The position numbers were made by a program, and so were the translations under genes. Positions 36,821-41,902 of a DNA stretch of 41,902 nucleotides are shown here, one piece after another (within the stretch, counting starts at the first letter, position 1; each line of letters begins with the position of its first letter). The stretch is from a virus (taxonomy: Duplodnaviria; Heunggongvirae; Uroviricota; Caudoviricetes), in IMG/VR virus record IMGVR_UViG_2778261315_000003; one strand, given 5' to 3'. The notes below the pieces were generated by a model that saw only the letters and a list, made by a program, of their open reading frames with translations, ran no database searches and was not told the origin of the DNA.

Positions 36821-36850
36821 AGTAAGCCGCCTTCTGGCGGCTTTTTTATT
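36821..36850 (+). terminator. rho-independent terminator after repressor gene
   Basis: AAGCCGCC-TTCT-GGCGGCTT followed by TTTTATT. Confidence 0.55.
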
Positions 36851-36860
36851 GCCTATACTA

Positions 36861-36875
36861 TTACCTAATAGGTAA
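36861..36875. promoter_or_regulatory. palindromic operator-like site TTACCTAATAGGTAA
   Basis: Perfect TTACC-N5-GGTAA upstream of a TTGACA -35-like hexamer (36895..36900). Confidence 0.6.
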
Positions 36876-36922
36876 TTTTTTTAACTCATATCTATTGACA
36901 TCAAACCAAATACGCATAATTA

Positions 36923-36937
36923 TTACCTCAACGGTAA
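36923..36937. promoter_or_regulatory. palindromic operator-like site TTACCTCAACGGTAA
   Basis: Perfect TTACC-N5-GGTAA just downstream of the candidate -10 region and 20 bp before an RBS/ATG. Confidence 0.6.
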
Positions 36938-36956
36938 CAGACCGAGGTAACAAGTT

Positions 36957-37109
36957 ATGCAGTGGAAAATCATCAACGGTTGGTACTGCGTTACTGCATG
37001 CGGATTCATGAGCTGGAAGTTCCGCACCTTACAGGAAGGCATTAAGTGGGCTTTCGTCAGCAAAGAAGCTCGCGATGTGGCCAACGATAACGAGATATGG
37101 GAGGGCTGA
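36957..37109 (+). CDS. possible small ORF (50 aa), first gene of early operon
   Basis: ATG preceded by GAGGT at good spacing; not in supplied ORF track (under 60 aa). Confidence 0.3.
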   Translation: MQWKIINGWYCVTACGFMSWKFRTLQEGIKWAFVSKEARDVANDNEIWEG

Positions 37110-37111
37110 TA

Positions 37112-37411
37112 ATGAACGTTAATCAGCAGAAAAATCTTCAAAAAATCATGCTGGCATTCGACAAGGACTACCGCCTGTCAGAACAGCTATATGACCGACA
37201 AGTTGAACTGATCGAGAGCATCCGGCTTCATCAACTGGCCTCAACTTTTGACGCTGTAACAGGCAAAGGAGTTCGCCAGGAAGTGCTGGAGGCAGCTAAA
37301 GACAGCCCTGAGTTCGAAGAACTTATGGATGCCTACCGGCGCGAGGCAATGGCAATTATCGCCCGCTGGGATCTGGCGGATCGGATTGATGGGCAGAGGG
37401 AAGCGGCATGA
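37112..37411 (+). CDS. hypothetical protein
   Basis: Start at MNVNQQ with GGAGG RBS (ORF track starts at 37097); helical, acidic. Confidence 0.45.
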   Translation: MNVNQQKNLQKIMLAFDKDYRLSEQLYDRQVELIESIRLHQLASTFDAVTGKGVRQEVLEAAKDSPEFEELMDAYRREAMAIIARWDLADRIDGQREAA

Positions 37412-38229
37412 AACCGGGAATTTATTTCGACATCAGCAACGAAGACTACCACGCCGGTGACGGCGTGAGTAAGTCGCAACTGGACATGGTTGCCAAGAAT
37501 CCGGCGCTTCTTAAATGGGTTCAGGCAGCACCAGAAGACGAAGAGAAAAAGTCTGCACTGGATATGGGAACCGCATTGCACTGTCTGCTTCTGGAGCCTG
37601 GAGAATTCGACAAACGCTTCATTGTTTCACCGAAGTTCGATCGTCGGACAAAACAAGGTAAAGCTGACGAAGAAGCATTTCTTCGTGATGTGGCGGATAT
37701 GGGTATTACGGTACTTGATGTCGAGCAGTGGCGAAAACTGGAGCTGATGCGTGATAGCGCAATGGCTCATCCGGCGGCACGCTGGATGCTGGAAGCACCT
37801 GGTTACTGCGAAGCATCAATGTACTGGAACGATGAAGAGACGGGTGAGTTGTGCCGAATTCGTCCAGACAAATGGCTGAACGAGCACAACGTGATCGTCG
37901 ACGTGAAAAAGGTTGCAGATATGGACCGTTTTGCACGCCACATCGAGGAATTCCGCTACCACGTGCAGGACGCAATGTACCGCGAAGGCGCAATGAGGGT
38001 TACTGGTCAGCCGCATGGTTTTTTCTTTCTTGCCGTGAGCGAAAGCATTGATTGTGGTCGGTATCCGGTACGCGTGTTCGAGCTGGATGCGCCAGATGTC
38101 GATGCCGGGCACGCTCTGTTCCGCCGGGATCTGAATACCTATCACGAATGCCGCATCAACGATGAATGGGGCGGAGTGGAAATTATTAAACGCCCTGACT
38201 GGGCACGTAAACAGGATATGTACGTATGA
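37408..38229 (+). CDS. PD-(D/E)XK exonuclease, RecE C-terminal-domain-like
   Basis: 273 aa; N-terminal GIYFDISNEDYHA signature and RPD...IVDVKK nuclease motif; coupled upstream of RecT. Confidence 0.65.
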   Translation: MKPGIYFDISNEDYHAGDGVSKSQLDMVAKNPALLKWVQAAPEDEEKKSALDMGTALHCLLLEPGEFDKRFIVSPKFDRRTKQGKADEEAFLRDVADMGITVLDVEQWRKLELMRDSAMAHPAARWMLEAPGYCEASMYWNDEETGELCRIRPDKWLNEHNVIVDVKKVADMDRFARHIEEFRYHVQDAMYREGAMRVTGQPHGFFFLAVSESIDCGRYPVRVFELDAPDVDAGHALFRRDLNTYHECRINDEWGGVEIIKRPDWARKQDMYV

Positions 38230-39107
38230 GCAATGATATCGCAATCACATCACAACCAGGCGCAACTGTAGGCACTGCTGCGGCAATCTTCAGCCCCGAG
38301 GGCATGAATCAACTGGTGCGTTTCGCTGAGTTGATGTCACAAAGCAAAGCGACTGTACCGAAACATCTTGAAGGCAAACCTGCCGATTGCCTGGCGGTGA
38401 CCATGCAGGCGGCACAGTGGGGAATGAACCCTTTCGCCGTGGCGCAGAAAACGCATGTGGTAAACGGAACGTTAGGCTACGAAGCACAGTTGGTAAACGC
38501 GGTCGTATCCTCTTCCAGCCTGCTAGCGACACGCCTGAATTATCGCTGGAGCGGTGACTGGTCGAATGTTAACGGCAAAACAGATAAATCACCGAATCTG
38601 ACGGTAACTGTGTCAGCAGTCCTTAAAGGAGAAGCAGAACCACGTGAGCTTACCATCAGTATGGCGCAAGCCGGAGTGCGTAACTCTCCATTGTGGGAAC
38701 AGGATCCGCGCCAGCAACTTGCCTATCTTTGCACGAAACGATGGGCTCGCCTGCACGCTCCTGATGTACTTCTTGGTGTTTACACCCCTGACGAATTACA
38801 GGAAACGGCACCGCGCGTTGAGCGAGACATTACTCCGCAAACAACTACTGCTGCGGGAATGAACAGTCTGATCAACGCTAAACCAGTGAAAAAGCCTGAT
38901 GAGCAAACGCGTAAAGCGGATAGCCGTGATCCAGAAGAAATGCTGATGGCCTTTACCAGCGCAGCGATGAATTACAGCACTGTCTCCGAACTGGATAAGG
39001 CTTACAAATACATTGCACAAAAACTTTCAGATGATGACGAACTGCTGGCAAAAGCCACCGACGTTTACAGCGTTCGTCGGGAAGAATTAAACGAAACATC
39101 TATGTAA
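38226..39107 (+). CDS. recT: RecT-family single-strand annealing recombinase
   Basis: 293 aa; RecT-like N-terminal region (ATVPKHL...PADCLAV...AAQWGMNPFA) by recall; partnered with exonuclease. Confidence 0.7.
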   Translation: MSNDIAITSQPGATVGTAAAIFSPEGMNQLVRFAELMSQSKATVPKHLEGKPADCLAVTMQAAQWGMNPFAVAQKTHVVNGTLGYEAQLVNAVVSSSSLLATRLNYRWSGDWSNVNGKTDKSPNLTVTVSAVLKGEAEPRELTISMAQAGVRNSPLWEQDPRQQLAYLCTKRWARLHAPDVLLGVYTPDELQETAPRVERDITPQTTTAAGMNSLINAKPVKKPDEQTRKADSRDPEEMLMAFTSAAMNYSTVSELDKAYKYIAQKLSDDDELLAKATDVYSVRREELNETSM

Positions 39108-39156
39108 CCACCACCGCGGCGCCACACGCGCCGCACTGCAACCAAGAGAGGTATTT

Positions 39157-39405
39157 ATGAAAGGTGCATTAGGTAAGAAGGAACTCCTGGCGGTGGTGCC
39201 ACTGTCATGGAGCACTATCGACCGTATGGAGCGCGCAGGGGAATTTCCTAAACGCTGGTATATCACTGACAAACGCTGCGCATGGAACCGTGACGAAGTT
39301 GAGCGTTGGCTTGATGAACGTCAGGCAGCAAGCCCGGCAGAGTTCCAGGGTAAAAAACCTCCTGTTCAGCAACGTGTATATCGTCCCGTGAGCAACGCTG
39401 CATGA
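39157..39405 (+). CDS. AlpA-family HTH protein (excisionase / regulator)
   Basis: 82 aa; LLAVVPLSWSTIDRMERAGEFPKRWYITDKRCAWNRDEVERWL fits AlpA/Xis-like pattern. Confidence 0.6.
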   Translation: MKGALGKKELLAVVPLSWSTIDRMERAGEFPKRWYITDKRCAWNRDEVERWLDERQAASPAEFQGKKPPVQQRVYRPVSNAA

Positions 39406-39514
39406 GTGCGCTGCTAAGGCACTGGATCAAATGGTCAGGATGGTACTTATTCCTGGCCTCTGTTTCAGCATGGCTTTATCTGCTGGCATTAATTTTCAGA
39501 GAGGGTTGGATTAA

Positions 39515-39814
39515 GTGAGAAAGTTAAGCCAACTTGAAAAATATCACATGAATAAGGTTTCAATGCGCAGTCCGTCAAAGATTGTCGCCGTTACTCCTGC
39601 GGCGATAGAGATCGAAAAACGCGCGATTGAAAGAGAGAAAAAAGGGCAGTTCCGCATTGCCGCCCACCTTTGGCTTCAGTGTATGGATGTTGCTTCTGGT
39701 GATGTTGAACGTGCAAGGATCGCGATTCGCAGGGACCAATGTATCACAAAAGGTAACGGACTTCGCCGTGGCGACTATAGCGGCATAGGATGTTGTGGGG
39801 TGGTTTATGACTAA
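39515..39814 (+). CDS. PerC-family-like transcriptional activator (tentative)
   Basis: Segment EKKGQFRIAAHLWLQCM...VERARIAIRRDQCI fits PerC-like pattern by recall. Confidence 0.4.
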   Translation: MRKLSQLEKYHMNKVSMRSPSKIVAVTPAAIEIEKRAIEREKKGQFRIAAHLWLQCMDVASGDVERARIAIRRDQCITKGNGLRRGDYSGIGCCGVVYD

Positions 39815-40457
39815 GAAATACACACTAATCTATGCAGATCCACCCTGGGCATACCGGGACAAAGCCACAGATGGTAATCGCGGTGCCGGTTTTAAATATC
39901 CGGTTATGAGTGTGCTGGATATCTGCCGCCTTCCTGTGTGGGATTTGGCCGGTGAAAACTGTCTGTTGGCCATGTGGTGGGTGCCAACACAACCACTCGA
40001 AGCACTAAAAGTTGTTGAAGCCTGGGGATTCCGTCTGATGACCATGAAGGGCTTCACGTGGATAAAATGTGGTAGTCGACAACCAGATAAACTGGTTATG
40101 GGTATGGGACACATGACTCGCGCCAATAGTGAAGATTGCCTGTTTGCGGTAAAGGGAAAACTACCTCCGCGCATTAATGCAGGTATCGTTCAGTCATTTA
40201 CCGCACCGCGGCTTGAGCATTCAAGAAAACCAGATGTCGTTCGTGAAAAACTTGTGCAATTATTAGGCGATGTTTCTCGCATTGAACTGTTCGCCCGCCA
40301 GACGTCTCATGGCTTCGATGTTTGGGGTAATCAGTGCGAAGACCCGGCAGTGCAACTACACCCTGGATACGCGTTGGATATTGGCGGATTAACAAATGCA
40401 TTCAGCAATGCTCCGCTGTCACCAACAGACAACCAGGGGCGGGAGCGTGCTGCATGA
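39807..40457 (+). CDS. DNA N6-adenine methyltransferase (Dam-like, DPPW motif)
   Basis: Motif LIYADPPWAY near N-terminus; start placed at MTKKYTL. Confidence 0.8.
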   Translation: MTKKYTLIYADPPWAYRDKATDGNRGAGFKYPVMSVLDICRLPVWDLAGENCLLAMWWVPTQPLEALKVVEAWGFRLMTMKGFTWIKCGSRQPDKLVMGMGHMTRANSEDCLFAVKGKLPPRINAGIVQSFTAPRLEHSRKPDVVREKLVQLLGDVSRIELFARQTSHGFDVWGNQCEDPAVQLHPGYALDIGGLTNAFSNAPLSPTDNQGRERAA

Positions 40458-40648
40458 ACAGGGCATCACCAGCAGATTTAAGAAAATGCCTTGAAACTGC
40501 AAACATGCTTGCACACAGCGGGATCAGGTTTGTTCCAATTCCCGCTGTCACTGATGCTGAATTTGCAACGCTGTCAGCAATATTCGCAGACAAAATTGAA
40601 TCACTGGCAGCAGAAGCCGAGATGGAAGAAAATCAGCAGAACTATTAA
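40454..40648 (+). CDS. small hypothetical protein, translationally coupled to methyltransferase
   Basis: ATG overlaps the methyltransferase stop (ATGA); 64 aa acidic. Confidence 0.4.
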   Translation: MNRASPADLRKCLETANMLAHSGIRFVPIPAVTDAEFATLSAIFADKIESLAAEAEMEENQQNY

Positions 40649-40651
40649 ACG

Positions 40652-41902
40652 TTATTCTCCCGCCATCCACTTCTCAAACTTCGACGGGGAGAACGGAATC
40701 AGATCCGTATGCTCCCCGTCAATCCAGGAATCAATCATATCTGCCCACTGCTGCAACATGTAGGCGCGCTGTCTGGCGTATTCCGCTTTGTTATATACGG
40801 CGCGCACACCTTTCTGCTCATGTGCCAGAGCCTTTTCAATCCAGTCTGAAGGATAACCAGCCTCATGCAACAACGTACTGGCTGTACGGCGCATATCGTG
40901 TACGGTGAAGTCCTGAATATGCTCACCATCTTCATTTATTATTTTCACCGTTCTGTCGATCAGAGAGTTCAACGCGGCATTAGATAATGGCTTCCGGAAA
41001 TTGTAACGACCAGGAACCAGGTATTCACTTCCACCAGCGCACATCTGCAACCCAACCAATATATCCTGTGCTTGTTTAGGCAGGTAAATAACGTGCGCCC
41101 GGCTTCCCTTCATGCGGTCTGAAGGAATTGTCCATGTCCATTTTTTAAAATCTATTTCATCCCACGTTGCATTGGTGAATTCGCCCTTACGAACCATAGT
41201 GATAAGCACCAGTTTTAAAGCCATTTTCATAGTGCCCATAGCACCAATGGCATCCAGCGTGCGGAAGAACAGGCCAATTTCTTCTGGTGTCAGTGTTCGC
41301 TCTCGTGGTTTAAATATGGCGATAGACGAAGGTTTAATGTCAGCCGCAGGATTAAACAAACCATGACCACGGTCATTGGCGTGACGGTATACGCTACTGA
41401 TGATCTCCCTGGCCTGCACTGCTGTTGCCCGACCACCGCGTTCGACAATCCGGTCACACAAATCACGAACCATCGATGTGGTAATTTCAGCCATCATTTT
41501 GTTGCCAAGAACCGGAAGTATGTCACGGTCGATCACCGCCTGCTTCATTGCGCGGGTACTGTCAGCCAGGATGACGTGTTTCATATAACTGTCGGTATGT
41601 ACCGCAAACGTCTCGGCACCACGAATCTTTTTGATACCGTCACGTTTAGCCGCAGCCGGCGACTGGCCTGCTTTAAGCAGCTTCTTTGCAGCAATCAGTT
41701 CTTCTCGCGCTTCTGCCAGGCTGATACCGTCACGCCCATACTGCCCGATTACCAGTGTTTCGCGGCGACCGTTGATACGGTAGTCATAGCGAAACGAGAC
41801 CGTGCCTGACGTAAGCACAGCTACATACAGCCCGTCACGATCGGAGACCTTGTACAGTTTGTCCTGCGGCTTGAGGTTTTTTAATTTTGTATCGGTAAGC
41901 AC
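40652..41902 (-). CDS. int: tyrosine integrase, P4 / CP4-57 type (N-terminus at window edge)
   Basis: 416 aa; N-terminal arm-binding region and C-terminal catalytic region (HDMRRTASTLLHEAGY...RAVY); ORF reaches the window end with a GTG start. Confidence 0.9.
   Translation of the reverse strand: MLTDTKLKNLKPQDKLYKVSDRDGLYVAVLTSGTVSFRYDYRINGRRETLVIGQYGRDGISLAEAREELIAAKKLLKAGQSPAAAKRDGIKKIRGAETFAVHTDSYMKHVILADSTRAMKQAVIDRDILPVLGNKMMAEITTSMVRDLCDRIVERGGRATAVQAREIISSVYRHANDRGHGLFNPAADIKPSSIAIFKPRERTLTPEEIGLFFRTLDAIGAMGTMKMALKLVLITMVRKGEFTNATWDEIDFKKWTWTIPSDRMKGSRAHVIYLPKQAQDILVGLQMCAGGSEYLVPGRYNFRKPLSNAALNSLIDRTVKIINEDGEHIQDFTVHDMRRTASTLLHEAGYPSDWIEKALAHEQKGVRAVYNKAEYARQRAYMLQQWADMIDSWIDGEHTDLIPFSPSKFEKWMAGE

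Larger units (their letters stand above)
1818..41902. mobile_element. temperate phage genome (prophage), continuing past right window edge
   Basis: Contiguous phage modules from lysis cassette to integrase; left end is somewhere between 1818 and 1964 and is approximate, att sites not identifiable in-window. Confidence 0.7.

Noticed and set aside
1-41902. CRISPR arrays, IS elements or rRNA genes
   Set aside because: No regularly spaced direct repeats, no transposase-like ORF flanked by inverted repeats, and no rRNA-like conserved stretches were seen; the only dispersed repeat is the 15-bp palindrome, whose irregular spacing and palindromic form fit operators, not CRISPR.

Overview
The window is almost entirely a single temperate phage (prophage) genome, about 40 kb, with host-like lipoprotein genes at the left edge (about 1-1.8 kb). 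All calls are from reading the ORF translations and DNA by eye; no searches were run, so family assignments are from recall. Layout, right to left on the minus strand: P4-type tyrosine integrase at the right window edge (N-terminus at or beyond 41902); a plus-strand early operon (small ORFs, RecE-like exonuclease, RecT, AlpA/Xis-like, PerC-like, Dam-like methyltransferase); a divergent tandem-HTH repressor / Cro-like switch (about 36.1-36.2 kb); lambdoid O/DnaT-like and P-like replication genes; a block of small unknown genes; terminase small and large subunits; a phage-borne tRNA-Arg(UCU) with a plus-strand moron; then a T7-like virion module (portal, scaffold, major capsid, gp11/gp12-like tail tube, gp14/15/16-like internal proteins), an AT-rich secreted moron, an accessory island (7.1-10.65 kb) with a Bro-N antirepressor and membrane proteins, a long tailspike, and a holin / GH19 endolysin / Rz-Rz1 lysis cassette. 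The most striking signal is a 15-bp perfect palindrome TTACC-N5-GGTAA found at 10 perfect and 3 near-perfect sites, all intergenic and upstream of major transcription units, which suggests one regulator controlling the whole phage. The best candidates for an undescribed system are the operator-flanked accessory island, the AT-rich secreted moron and the tRNA-linked moron. No CRISPR array, IS element or rRNA was seen.
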